Source: a virus. From it: 64,000 bases of DNA. Positions 40,415-48,770 of this stretch are shown here, one piece after another. Numbering within the stretch: position 1 is the first letter of the stretch; each line of letters begins with the position of its first letter. The notes under the pieces were generated by a model. It saw nothing but the letters and a program-made list of their open reading frames with translations, was not told the origin of the DNA and ran no database searches. Where the stretch lies: the IMG/VR virus record IMGVR_UViG_3300045988_160113, positions 32,001 through 96,000 of that record; one strand, given 5' to 3'. Position numbers and translations under genes: made by a program.

Positions 40415-41509
40415 TTAGCCGCTTGCCTTCATGTTGAATCCATATTTATCCGCTCCATAGAATTCAATCCAGAATTTTTCGCGCGCGGATAGGTTTTCCT
40501 TTTCTACTCTTTCAATTACTTCAAAAGTAAAATTATCAATTCCTTGTTTCTCCATTGCGTCATGAATTGCTGCCCATGAAATAGTTCCAGTATGAAAAGC
40601 AGATTTACAATGCTGTTGCCAACGAGATTTGATATCGGTTGATTTGCCAATATAAATACGTTCGTCTGGCCCAGTAATTTTGTAAATACCACTAAAAGAT
40701 TCATTATTTAGCACACGCTTCTCCATTTCTTTCACTGGTCGCGCAATATAAAGGTCATAAATAAGTTTATATAATGAGGTAGTATCATTTAGACGAGGCA
40801 TGATAGACAATAATATTTGAATATCTTCTTTTGCGCCATCTGATAATTGGATTTTATAAAATTGACTTTGCTCTTCAACCGCACGCTTGCGAAGAATTGC
40901 TTCATTTATAAGTCTTTGTTTTTCTTTGAAGTCATTTACTTCGGATTGTAGACTTTCCTTCTGCGCGCATAATGAAAGAATATCATCATTTATAACTGCT
41001 TTTATTTCTTCTCCATACTCATTGATATTCTTTGCCATTTGGTCTTTAGAAGCCTGGACTTTCTCTTCCTCCGCGCGCAGAGTAGATTGAAGTTTTGTAA
41101 TTGCTTCAACTTTATGGTGCTGAAGTTGTTCATCTACTAAAGCAATACGATGATTTTTATAATCATTTAGTCTAATTTCATATGCGTTTTTCAAATTCTC
41201 AGTATGTTGGTATAGAATATCTTGTTGCTTCAAAGCATCAAGTCTTGCTTCATCTATTTGATTTCTAATTGTATTTAGAGAACGCTCTTGCGCGGCAATA
41301 GAACTATTATAATTTTGTTGTAATTGCTTTATTTCTATGTCATACTTTTCTTTTTCTAATCTATATTCTTCTTGTATTCTTCTTCTTTCTTCTACATATT
41401 CACTAAAGTCTCTTTCAGTTAACTTTAGATATTTATTCTTCAAATATTTTGATAATAAAATTATTGCTATTATTGCTACTAATATAATTATACCATATAT
41501 CATAACCAC
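40415..41509 (-). CDS. Membrane-anchored coiled-coil protein with C-terminal GIY-YIG/T5orf172-like nuclease domain (DUF4041-like architecture)
   Basis: N-terminal TM helix (IYGIIILVAIIAIILL), about 230 aa of heptad-rich sequence, then GIYKITGPDERIYIGKSTDIKSRW…REKFWIEFYG…GFN. Confidence 0.55.
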   Translation of the reverse strand: MVMIYGIIILVAIIAIILLSKYLKNKYLKLTERDFSEYVEERRRIQEEYRLEKEKYDIEIKQLQQNYNSSIAAQERSLNTIRNQIDEARLDALKQQDILYQHTENLKNAYEIRLNDYKNHRIALVDEQLQHHKVEAITKLQSTLRAEEEKVQASKDQMAKNINEYGEEIKAVINDDILSLCAQKESLQSEVNDFKEKQRLINEAILRKRAVEEQSQFYKIQLSDGAKEDIQILLSIMPRLNDTTSLYKLIYDLYIARPVKEMEKRVLNNESFSGIYKITGPDERIYIGKSTDIKSRWQQHCKSAFHTGTISWAAIHDAMEKQGIDNFTFEVIERVEKENLSAREKFWIEFYGADKYGFNMKASG

Positions 41510-41540
41510 TCCTCCATAGTTATTTTATCCCTATAATTAT

Positions 41541-41569
41541 ATTATAGCATAAAAAGAAGAGAGTGTCAA
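41541..41569 (-). promoter_or_regulatory. Promoter upstream of CDS 40415-41509
   Basis: Minus strand TTGACA (41569-41564), 17 nt spacer, TATAAT (41546-41541). Confidence 0.6.
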
Positions 41570-41583
41570 ATTCTGACACTCTC
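41559..41583 (-). terminator. Terminator hairpin carrying the -35 box of the next promoter
   Basis: Perfect inverted repeat GAGAGTGTCA-aattc-TGACACTCTC, with a T-rich run downstream on the minus strand. Confidence 0.6.
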
Positions 41584-41592
41584 AACTTTTGA

Positions 41593-42153
41593 TTAGAGCT
41601 TCCCATCCCTAGAAAGCGTATTATAATATCCAATGATAAAAGCATATTCAACATCCATTTGTCCATTTGTCAAGTTATTAGCCTTCAACAACTCATTATA
41701 TTTTTTGTGAATGTCAAATATATGATTGAAATCATCTAAAGTGGGGACTGTAACACCATGACGGCATTGTGTGGCGAAGTGGAGAATTTCATATCTAATG
41801 CGGTCAATTTCATTCTTGTCAACTTTTTCATTGAGAAGTTTTATCATATCATTTTGCGCGCGGTTTGTGTTTTCAATATCATCAAGTCGTTCATGGATAT
41901 CATCAATTTTACTAAAAATTTCCCCATAAATTTCTTCTTGATGAATTTTGAATTGTTCAATCAATGTGTCTGCGGTTTGTTTAGAAATTTCTTGAATTCT
42001 ATCTTTCCTTTTTTGTTCTCGCTTGGCGACACGTTTTTTGCCCGCGGTCGTAAATGTTTCCCAAAATTTGACTATTCCTAAAATTGCGCCGAGAAATCCC
42101 GCAATAGCAATGACTCCGCCAGAGAGATACTGTAAGTATTGTAAAATCATCAC
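41593..42153 (-). CDS. Membrane-anchored coiled-coil protein (186 aa)
   Basis: N-terminal TM helix (GGVIAIAGFLGAILGIV) followed by a charged helical region. Confidence 0.5.
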   Translation of the reverse strand: MMILQYLQYLSGGVIAIAGFLGAILGIVKFWETFTTAGKKRVAKREQKRKDRIQEISKQTADTLIEQFKIHQEEIYGEIFSKIDDIHERLDDIENTNRAQNDMIKLLNEKVDKNEIDRIRYEILHFATQCRHGVTVPTLDDFNHIFDIHKKYNELLKANNLTNGQMDVEYAFIIGYYNTLSRDGKL

Positions 42154-42214
42154 AACACCTCCCTTATCAAAGATAAGTAGTTTTAGTGACGGTAATTTAC
42201 AATGTTTTGAGCAC

Positions 42215-42595
42215 TCAAGGCGGAGTCAAATAATCATTATGAAATTTTGATTTTACGAGATATTGTGGTCGAAATAAATCGTTGAAATTATAAATTGTAG
42301 AAAGTTCCCAATAAGGAATACGGTAGAGTTTGAAATTGCGCGCGAGACAATAAGAATTTTTCTTACGGTCTCGTTCACGCGCGGCAAGATAACCTTTATG
42401 GTTTGTAAATTGAGAGATTTGTTGATAATGCTGAATACCATCATATTCAATATGAATTTGATAATCTGGCAAATAAAAATCAAATCTCAATGGGACATTT
42501 TTCTTTCCATGTAAATCTGGATAAGTTTTTTCTCTTTCAAACTTCACGTGCGCTGCGCGCAGAAGAGAAACAATGTAATCTTCTCCTTTACTCAT
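42215..42595 (-). CDS. Stand-alone PD-(D/E)XK (Vsr/DUF559-like) endonuclease domain protein
   Basis: …LRFDFYLPDYQIHIEYDGIQHY… This is the same domain as the C-termini of the zinc-ribbon HE-like genes. The ATG at 42595 overlaps the ligase stop (AATGAGTAA). The longer ORF-track start would overlap ligase by 113 nt. Confidence 0.5.
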   Translation of the reverse strand: MSKGEDYIVSLLRAAHVKFEREKTYPDLHGKKNVPLRFDFYLPDYQIHIEYDGIQHYQQISQFTNHKGYLAARERDRKKNSYCLARNFKLYRIPYWELSTIYNFNDLFRPQYLVKSKFHNDYLTPP

Positions 42596-43706
42596 TGGCA
42601 ATCTGAGAAAATTCGCACTCGCGTGCAGTCTTATCGGTTCGCCACTCAATAATCTTTGCATGACGGAACTTGAATGTATCCGGTTCAATTTCCATAGCAT
42701 TGATAGACACTACACGGTCAGTCCAGTTCTCTGGATTTTTGACAATACCTTCCTTGACTTCTTCAGTAATACCAGAAATCCAACCTACGGGATAAACTTC
42801 ATCGTTTCGATAGACACCAATTTCTACCGCGCTTGCCCAGTCATTATAATATCCCTTTGAAATTGGGTAATAAGGTTCACCAAGACTATACTGTTTATAG
42901 TAATCACCATAAACTTTTTCGCCTGTCTGCTCATTTAGCCAATATTTCCAATCTTCAATATGGTCACCATTATAAGCGCGTGTAGAAGGCTTATAACGAC
43001 CAGTCAGGAAACAATCAATGTAATTATCAAGTTCTTTCTTGATTTTGAGAGTTTTCTGTGCTGTGCGTTTACCTGGTTCAGCATGAGAATCAGCACGTGT
43101 AATAACAATACCTTCGCCACCAGAAGACATAACTCTCATAAGTTCATTCCAAAGAGCATCCCCTTCATAATACTTAGCAAAGCGAATATAAGAAGCATCC
43201 TGATACTTTTCGGCAATTTTAGCAAGAAGGTCAAAGCGTTCGCGCGCAGTGAGAGAAAGACAAGAATGACCATTATATGCCCATACGTCGAAGACATAAT
43301 ACCATAAGTATCCACTCTTTTCTTGACGAGCAATGGCTTTATCTTTCAGGCAACCCATAAAAGTCGTAACTTTTCGACTTGCACTATCTTTTTCAAGATG
43401 AATTTCACCAAGGAGGCAAGTACCATTAGGAAGAGCATTAAAGAAAGGTCTAAGTTGAGGAACCCATTCAAGTTTATCTGTCATCTCACCTTTGACATTT
43501 TCATTGCGCGCGCAAAGAAATAGATTACCATCTTCATCCTTTGTAAGCCTATAGTATACTCCATCGCGTTTCTCACTACCAAGATAATCTCCAGAATAGA
43601 TACGATTATGAATGTCAATTTTTACATTGGCTTTATTTTTTGCGAAAGACCAGTACTTCTCTGCTGGGAGATGATAAAAATCAATTCCATCAATATATCC
43701 ATTCAT
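42588..43706 (-). CDS. lig: ATP-dependent DNA ligase
   Basis: Adenylation motif I EKRDG (KxDG), motif IV GGEGIVI, motif V TLKIKK and an OB-fold-like C-terminus. Confidence 0.8.
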   Translation of the reverse strand: MNGYIDGIDFYHLPAEKYWSFAKNKANVKIDIHNRIYSGDYLGSEKRDGVYYRLTKDEDGNLFLCARNENVKGEMTDKLEWVPQLRPFFNALPNGTCLLGEIHLEKDSASRKVTTFMGCLKDKAIARQEKSGYLWYYVFDVWAYNGHSCLSLTARERFDLLAKIAEKYQDASYIRFAKYYEGDALWNELMRVMSSGGEGIVITRADSHAEPGKRTAQKTLKIKKELDNYIDCFLTGRYKPSTRAYNGDHIEDWKYWLNEQTGEKVYGDYYKQYSLGEPYYPISKGYYNDWASAVEIGVYRNDEVYPVGWISGITEEVKEGIVKNPENWTDRVVSINAMEIEPDTFKFRHAKIIEWRTDKTARECEFSQIANE

Positions 43707-44584
43707 AAATTACATTTCTCCTTTATATAATTATAGTTTATTTTATCAAAATCTGTATATGGGATTTCTATAAGTGGGATATTATTTTCTTTACAATATT
43801 CTTTTTTCATATTATCAGAATTTTCTTTATTCCACAAATTATTTTTATCATAATGTTGTTCACCTTGATATTCAATTAGACAATATAACTTATTATCAAT
43901 AAAAATAGCAAAATCAAAACGTAATGGATATATATTTTTTAGTTCTTGAAAAGAAAATTGTGTTTTGTAAGAAATATTATTTTTTTGTAAAATAGATAAT
44001 ATTTTTTGTTCTCCTTTAGAATTCATACAACCACAACTTTTTTTCGCTCCAGAGCATAATCTGCTAGTTGTAGATGAAGTAATATTACCACAATCACATT
44101 TACATTCCCAAATACTTTGTTTGTTTTTATCTTGTCCTATTTTTCTTATTACTACTAATTTTCCAAAACGCATATTAGTAATATCTTTTTCTACACATTT
44201 TTTGTAAAAATTTTCTTCTCTTAGACAACCGCAAGATTGTGTTTGCCCACTATGTAATCGTGAACTAACTACGGAACAAATATTGCCACAATCACATTGA
44301 CAAATCCATTTTATTTTTTTATCGTTAGATAGTTCTATATCTTTTTTTATAACAGTTAGTCTTCCGTATCTATTACCAACTTCAGAACAATTTTTACAAT
44401 CTTTACTGGTTCCTTTTGTTAAACATTGAGTATTTACTTCTTTTTCGTTGCCACATTCGCAACGACATAACCATTTTCTATTTCCTTTATATTCTATAAC
44501 TGTCCATTTGCTATTTTCTACTCCATGTTCTTTCATAACCCAACCAGTCATATCTATAAAATTATGAGGTCTTTTAGTTTTCAT
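43703..44584 (-). CDS. Free-standing homing-endonuclease-like protein: 3 zinc-ribbon repeats plus PD-(D/E)XK-like domain
   Basis: KWLCRCECG…, KWICQCDCG…SCGC, IWECKCDCG…SCGC and a C-terminal LRFDFAIFIDNKLYCLIEYQGEQHY. It overlaps the ligase start by 4 nt. Confidence 0.55.
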   Translation of the reverse strand: MKTKRPHNFIDMTGWVMKEHGVENSKWTVIEYKGNRKWLCRCECGNEKEVNTQCLTKGTSKDCKNCSEVGNRYGRLTVIKKDIELSNDKKIKWICQCDCGNICSVVSSRLHSGQTQSCGCLREENFYKKCVEKDITNMRFGKLVVIRKIGQDKNKQSIWECKCDCGNITSSTTSRLCSGAKKSCGCMNSKGEQKILSILQKNNISYKTQFSFQELKNIYPLRFDFAIFIDNKLYCLIEYQGEQHYDKNNLWNKENSDNMKKEYCKENNIPLIEIPYTDFDKINYNYIKEKCNL

Positions 44585-44618
44585 GATTCACCTCTATATA
44601 ATTCTTTATTATACTTTT

Positions 44619-44647
44619 ATTATATTTCATTTTTCTTCAAAAGTCAA
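44619..44647 (-). promoter_or_regulatory. Promoter upstream of the HE-like/ligase operon
   Basis: Minus strand TTGACT (44647-44642), 17 nt spacer, TATAAT (44624-44619). Confidence 0.6.
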
Positions 44648-44726
44648 ATTTCTTTTATATGAAAATGCTATACTTTTCTTTCAAAATATTTACTTCAAAA
44701 TAGAATAGAATTATAGGAGGCGCGCA

Positions 44727-44822
44727 ATGAATAAGAAATTACTTTATGCTGCGGCCGCGGCTTCAAGACGACGTATGTTGATTATGCGTCTTATTTGTGC
44801 TCTTGGTGGTGGATTGAAGTGA
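44727..44822 (+). CDS. Possible small ORF (31 aa, MNKKLLYAAAAASRRRMLIMRLICALGGGLK)
   Basis: Strong AGGAGG SD lies 6 nt upstream. Its stop overlaps the GTG of the next ORF (GTGA). Confidence 0.3.
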   Translation: MNKKLLYAAAAASRRRMLIMRLICALGGGLK

Positions 44823-45136
44823 AAAAAGAAAAACAAAAAAAGAAAATCGAAGCATCAAAATTATTTACTGATTTATCTTTTGGCTTGGCTTTTGGTTTTG
44901 TAATTTTTTGTTGCTATGAAATGCATAGACTACAAGACCTTACTCCTATTACTTATCTTGGTGGAGGAATTTTGATTTTACTTGGTATTGTAGTAAATGC
45001 CTATATGAAACGTGCTGCGGCAAAAGATTTAGCACGACAGAAAATATATGAAACTCAAATGCTTTCAAAAATAAAACAAAAATATGGCGATGATTACCAA
45101 GAAGGAGAAGCACACGATACTGATGTAAAGATATAA
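44819..45136 (+). CDS. Small two-TM membrane protein
   Basis: Two hydrophobic helices (LSFGLAFGFVIFCCY and ITYLGGGILILLGIVVNAY). The start is uncertain: the ORF track uses TTG at 44795, and I favour the GTG at 44819. Confidence 0.45.
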   Translation: MKKEKQKKKIEASKLFTDLSFGLAFGFVIFCCYEMHRLQDLTPITYLGGGILILLGIVVNAYMKRAAAKDLARQKIYETQMLSKIKQKYGDDYQEGEAHDTDVKI

Positions 45137-45138
45137 TA

Positions 45139-45163
45139 AGAGGGTTGGAAATTCCAACCCTCT
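45139..45163. terminator. Bidirectional terminator between convergent genes
   Basis: Hairpin AGAGGGTTGG-aaatt-CCAACCCTCT followed by ATTTTAT. Confidence 0.7.
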
Positions 45164-45166
45164 ATT

Positions 45167-45709
45167 TTATTCTGCACAACGAATAAGCCAATTTACAAAG
45201 GCATTCGCTTCATCTTGAAGATTATCAAGAGTAGAATTATTATTTACAAAATAATGATAAGGATAATTTTCAACACCATCATCTGAATCATTACCCATTA
45301 TTTTATTTGCCTCATCACGACGAACAAAAACTGCTGTTGCTCCATATTTATAAACATAATCATGGATTTCTTTTGGTTCGCGTACCATAATAAGAATATA
45401 TGTTGGATATGGAGTATCATTGAGACGGTCATATCTATTGGCTACATCTTCAACATTTTTCATAGTCAAATTTCCCCAAGGAGAATTTACTAATACTTTC
45501 TTCATATCGCTCAAAAACTTGCGCGCTTCTGGTGTTTTTTTACCATCCCATCCTGCGCGCGCAACAAGGTCTTTTACAAGACTTACTGAGGAATAAACAT
45601 ATGCTCTTCGACCACGAATACCGAGTTCTTTTGTTGTGTAATCAGCAAAACTCGATTTTCCTGACCTGGCATGACCATTAACAATTACATACTTAACCAT
45701 TTTCTGCAT
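45167..45709 (-). CDS. P-loop NTPase, possibly a deoxynucleoside-monophosphate kinase
   Basis: N-terminal Walker A VNGHARSGKSS. The size (~180 aa) and the nucleotide-metabolism context fit. Confidence 0.4.
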   Translation of the reverse strand: MQKMVKYVIVNGHARSGKSSFADYTTKELGIRGRRAYVYSSVSLVKDLVARAGWDGKKTPEARKFLSDMKKVLVNSPWGNLTMKNVEDVANRYDRLNDTPYPTYILIMVREPKEIHDYVYKYGATAVFVRRDEANKIMGNDSDDGVENYPYHYFVNNNSTLDNLQDEANAFVNWLIRCAE

Positions 45710-46190
45710 TTCTCCTTCCTATTACTGCTAAGCTATCAGCATAATTATTCCATTGAGAAGTAAAATTATCCCCTTTTTGATGGCCTCTTACTTTTCGATA
45801 TTCAAATCGCGTATCATCAAAAGTTGGAATGAGTTCCTCCCATAGCTTTTTATTTGCTACTGGTGTCTTTTGAGATGTCATCCAACCATTAGTCATCCAT
45901 TTCAAATACCATCCTTGATTAGCACAATTTATAAGATAAGCACTATCTGTATAAATAATATATTCAAGTTCTCTAACAAAACCATTCTTACTCATCAAAT
46001 TTTTCTTGATATACTTTACTGCTTCTACTGCGGCAGTAAGTTCACCCCAGTTATTAGTGGTTCCTTTTTGACCACCATACTTAGAACAAACTATATTTTC
46101 TTTATCATCAAGAATAACATAACCCCAACCGCCTACTTGATTAGGTTGACCATTTCTTGTGCTAGCACCATCAGTAAAAATATAATACAT
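45693..46190 (-). CDS. rnhA: Ribonuclease H (type 1)
   Basis: DEDD residues occur in FTDGAS, GELTAA, YTDSAY and NYADSLA contexts. Confidence 0.75.
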   Translation of the reverse strand: MYYIFTDGASTRNGQPNQVGGWGYVILDDKENIVCSKYGGQKGTTNNWGELTAAVEAVKYIKKNLMSKNGFVRELEYIIYTDSAYLINCANQGWYLKWMTNGWMTSQKTPVANKKLWEELIPTFDDTRFEYRKVRGHQKGDNFTSQWNNYADSLAVIGRRNAENG

Positions 46191-46192
46191 AA

Positions 46193-46606
46193 TTATCCTT
46201 TCTTATAATAAGCGTCATAAATATAAGTAGCAATATCCAATGGTAATTTTTCATTATAAGATACTTCATGACAAAAATCAAGAGGAATAACTTTACCCTT
46301 ATTATTTTTCATGATAGGTTTCCATTTGAAATTATTTTTATATTTACGTTTGAATTTTATATAGGTAAGCAAATTAGTATTCAAATATAATGTTTTGTTT
46401 ATCATATTTGAATACATAGAAGCAATTTCAAATGTAGTAAGGTGATATTTAGATTTTGGATTGAAATGATATAATACTACATTATTATCTTTTACAATAG
46501 AATGTAAATATACAAATGAACTATTCAAAAATCTATCATAGTTATTATAATTTTTTTCCATTTCTTTTTTTGCCATAACATCATAATTTGAAGTATAATC
46601 TTCCAT
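46193..46606 (-). CDS. Hypothetical protein (137 aa)
   Basis: First ORF downstream of the divergent promoter region, with a GGAGGG SD. Confidence 0.55.
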   Translation of the reverse strand: MEDYTSNYDVMAKKEMEKNYNNYDRFLNSSFVYLHSIVKDNNVVLYHFNPKSKYHLTTFEIASMYSNMINKTLYLNTNLLTYIKFKRKYKNNFKWKPIMKNNKGKVIPLDFCHEVSYNEKLPLDIATYIYDAYYKKG

Positions 46607-46638
46607 TTATTATAACCCTCCTATTTTATTATAATTAT

Positions 46639-46666
46639 ATTATACCAGATTTTTGAAGAAAATCAA
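46639..46666 (-). promoter_or_regulatory. Leftward promoter of the divergent control region
   Basis: Minus strand TTGATT (46666-46661), 16 nt spacer, TATAAT (46644-46639). A plus-strand TTGACT (46670-46675) lies back-to-back with it. Confidence 0.5.
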
Positions 46667-46806
46667 ATTTTGACTTTTGAAGAAAAATATATTATTTCGC
46701 GCGGGCGCGCATTTTATTATAATGTATAAATAATGGATGGCTGTACAAATTTGATTTTTCCTGAAAATTTTGGTATAGTATTTATAGAAAGTGAGGGTGA
46801 TAAGAA

Positions 46807-47103
46807 ATGGCTAAGTTGTCTGACGAAAAAATTGCTGAAATCCAAAAGCGATATGCTGAATGTGGTGTCTATGCTCAAGTTGCCAGAGAACTTGGTGTAT
46901 CTCCTGCTACCGTCAAGAAGTATGTTTCTTCCTCTGACTCTGCGCGCAGTTCAAAAGTTAGTGTTCCTATTACCAAATTTGAGAGTGAACCTCTTCCTAT
47001 TGAACAAATTGTGTCCCCTTTGACTCATCAAGGTTGGCTAGACTGGTGTTCATTTACTGACGATGATTTGAAAAGTGTTGAAAGTCTGAAAGGAGAATTA
47101 TAA
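46807..47103 (+). CDS. Small HTH DNA-binding protein (98 aa)
   Basis: …GVYAQVARELGVSPATVKKYV… helix-turn-helix. It is the first gene of the rightward module. Confidence 0.45.
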   Translation: MAKLSDEKIAEIQKRYAECGVYAQVARELGVSPATVKKYVSSSDSARSSKVSVPITKFESEPLPIEQIVSPLTHQGWLDWCSFTDDDLKSVESLKGEL

Positions 47104-47393
47104 TGAAGTGGTTTACACTTGAAGAAACTCCATATCATAATAACGAATGGACTATTCGACCTTCTAATAAATTTTATGAAACTTTTAGTGGTATTCATGG
47201 TTCTTATCTTGTTTATCCTGCGCGCTTGTGTGGATTTACATATGGAGACTGGTGTAGATACTGCCGAGATAATTATCAAGCAAAACTCTATGGTGGTTCT
47301 AAATATATTGTTGTAACTTTTCCTAACAAGGAAGATGCAAATACTTTAGCAAAATTTTTAGATGACAGAATGAATAAAATTGTAAAGGAGTAA
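47103..47393 (+). CDS. Hypothetical protein (96 aa)
   Basis: Translationally coupled ORF (TAATG overlap). Confidence 0.55.
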   Translation: MKWFTLEETPYHNNEWTIRPSNKFYETFSGIHGSYLVYPARLCGFTYGDWCRYCRDNYQAKLYGGSKYIVVTFPNKEDANTLAKFLDDRMNKIVKE

Positions 47394-47398
47394 TTGAA

Positions 47399-47887
47399 AT
47401 GAAGGAAAAGAAGATTTATAAGATTGAGAATGAGGCTGCAAAGAAGAATCCTAAGCGCAATTACATTGAGTATTATGTGAACGAAGAGAAGAAGATTGTG
47501 ACCGCAGTTTTGACTGGCGTGCGTCAGGAAATGTCGAATATGTTTGAAAAGAAGTTTGCTAATGCTGGTTTTTCTGCGCGCCGCGATACTTGGTTTCTTG
47601 GTGGAATCGAAGCACTTTCTGATGTTATGAAGTTTATTCCTGATAAGATTGTAGCAAGTGCTACTTGCGCGCCAGAAGATGAATTTGATGTAGAGTTTGG
47701 TTGTAGTCTTGCTCGTATGCGTCTAATTGAAAAGCTTTATACGTATCGTGAGAGAGTTTCTTATGACCTGGCAGTAAAAGTTGGCATGATTCAGTGCGCT
47801 CTTATGGATTACAGTGAATTCTGCGGTATCAAGATTGAAAACCTTATGGAAGATATTGATGTTACTCTTTCCGAGCATAACTGGTAA
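47399..47887 (+). CDS. Hypothetical protein (162 aa)
   Basis: ORF with AAGGAG SD. Confidence 0.55.
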   Translation: MKEKKIYKIENEAAKKNPKRNYIEYYVNEEKKIVTAVLTGVRQEMSNMFEKKFANAGFSARRDTWFLGGIEALSDVMKFIPDKIVASATCAPEDEFDVEFGCSLARMRLIEKLYTYRERVSYDLAVKVGMIQCALMDYSEFCGIKIENLMEDIDVTLSEHNW

Positions 47888-47954
47888 TCAATAATTTGAT
47901 TTTTACTAAAATTCAACTATAATAAATATATAATCAATAAAGGAGATATGTAAA

Positions 47955-48275
47955 ATGGAAATGGAAAAGATGGCTATCAAGGCTCAGGCAGAAACCCGCG
48001 CAAATCTCTATCGTATTGTTACTGATGCTCTTGGTAGCGAAAATTTTGCTACTCAGCCAATCAAGGGTGGCCGTCTGATTGATCTCAACAATGGTTATTA
48101 TGCTAAGGTTTCTATTAGTATTATTGACCCCAATAATGTTGAACCTGCGATTCAGGCATATGCCGACCAGATGCGTGTGAATGCTGCTCGTGCTGCTGAG
48201 CGCGCAGAAAAGGAAGCAGAAAAGGCTCGTAAGGCCGCAGAGCGTGCGGCTAAGCGTGGAGAGAAGACCGAGTAA
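47955..48275 (+). CDS. Hypothetical protein with Lys/Ala/Glu/Arg-rich C-terminal tail
   Basis: AAGGAGA SD. The C-terminus reads AARAAERAEKEAEKARKAAERAAKRGEKTE. Confidence 0.55.
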   Translation: MEMEKMAIKAQAETRANLYRIVTDALGSENFATQPIKGGRLIDLNNGYYAKVSISIIDPNNVEPAIQAYADQMRVNAARAAERAEKEAEKARKAAERAAKRGEKTE

Positions 48276-48291
48276 AAAAAAGAATAGATAA

Positions 48292-48317
48292 CGCCACAGG
48301 AAGCAATTCCTGTGGCG
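48292..48317 (+). terminator. GC-rich hairpin (possible terminator or RNA-stability element)
   Basis: CGCCACAGG-aagcaatt-CCTGTGGCG. No clear T-run follows. Confidence 0.35.
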
Positions 48318-48341
48318 CATAGTCATATTTGGAGGTAAATT

Positions 48342-48686
48342 ATGGAGAATATTATCGAGTTAGAAGTTGTAAATAAAAGTATTAGCACTAAATTTAGACA
48401 GAATAACTATGTTAGTGCTGGTGATGTGTATAAATTCAATTTTTCAAATGCTTGGGAGAAATTTTTAGGAGAGAATGCGCGCCTTCAAGCAACTTATTTG
48501 ATTGAGAATGGAAGACAAGATATTTATTACTTTGACCCACTAAAAGATTGTAAAAGTAACGCACCTGAGGAATTATTTAGAGAAGAAAATGAAGGAAAAA
48601 CTGTTTATCTTGGTGTTTGTGGTGTGCATGAAGACGGCACTATTTACCCCAGTGTTTATTATCGTTTAGGCGCTATCCGTCTATAA
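48342..48686 (+). CDS. Small structural protein paralogous to the N-terminal domain of CDS 48771-51344 (BppU-N-like?)
   Basis: It shares the pattern IEL.V..K…VY.G..G…Y..(Y/F)RLG with the next gene's first ~110 aa. Confidence 0.45.
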   Translation: MENIIELEVVNKSISTKFRQNNYVSAGDVYKFNFSNAWEKFLGENARLQATYLIENGRQDIYYFDPLKDCKSNAPEELFREENEGKTVYLGVCGVHEDGTIYPSVYYRLGAIRL

Positions 48687-48770
48687 AATTCCTGATAGAT
48701 ATTCTTTTTTGCTATACGATGTAGTCCAAAAAATCACTTTATATTACAAGACGTATTGTGAGGTGATGAA

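Noticed and set aside
42215-42700. The full 161-aa ORF-track version of the nuclease-domain gene, overlapping ligase by 113 nt.
   Set aside because: An internal ATG at 42595 overlaps the ligase stop in an ATGA-type coupling arrangement and yields the complete conserved domain. The long overlap is unnecessary.
44750-44762. GCGGCCGC (NotI-type) sites at about 44753 and about 10394, and GGCGCGCC at about 25619, considered as possible engineered cloning scars.
   Set aside because: They are isolated and in frame within coding or leader sequence. They are consistent with the general excess of CG-alternating motifs, and there is no vector-like flanking sequence.
46733-47023. The 96-aa ORF overlapping the start of the HTH gene.
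   Set aside because: The overlapping frame 46807-47103 has an SD (GAGGGTGA) and a recognisable HTH motif. This ORF has neither.
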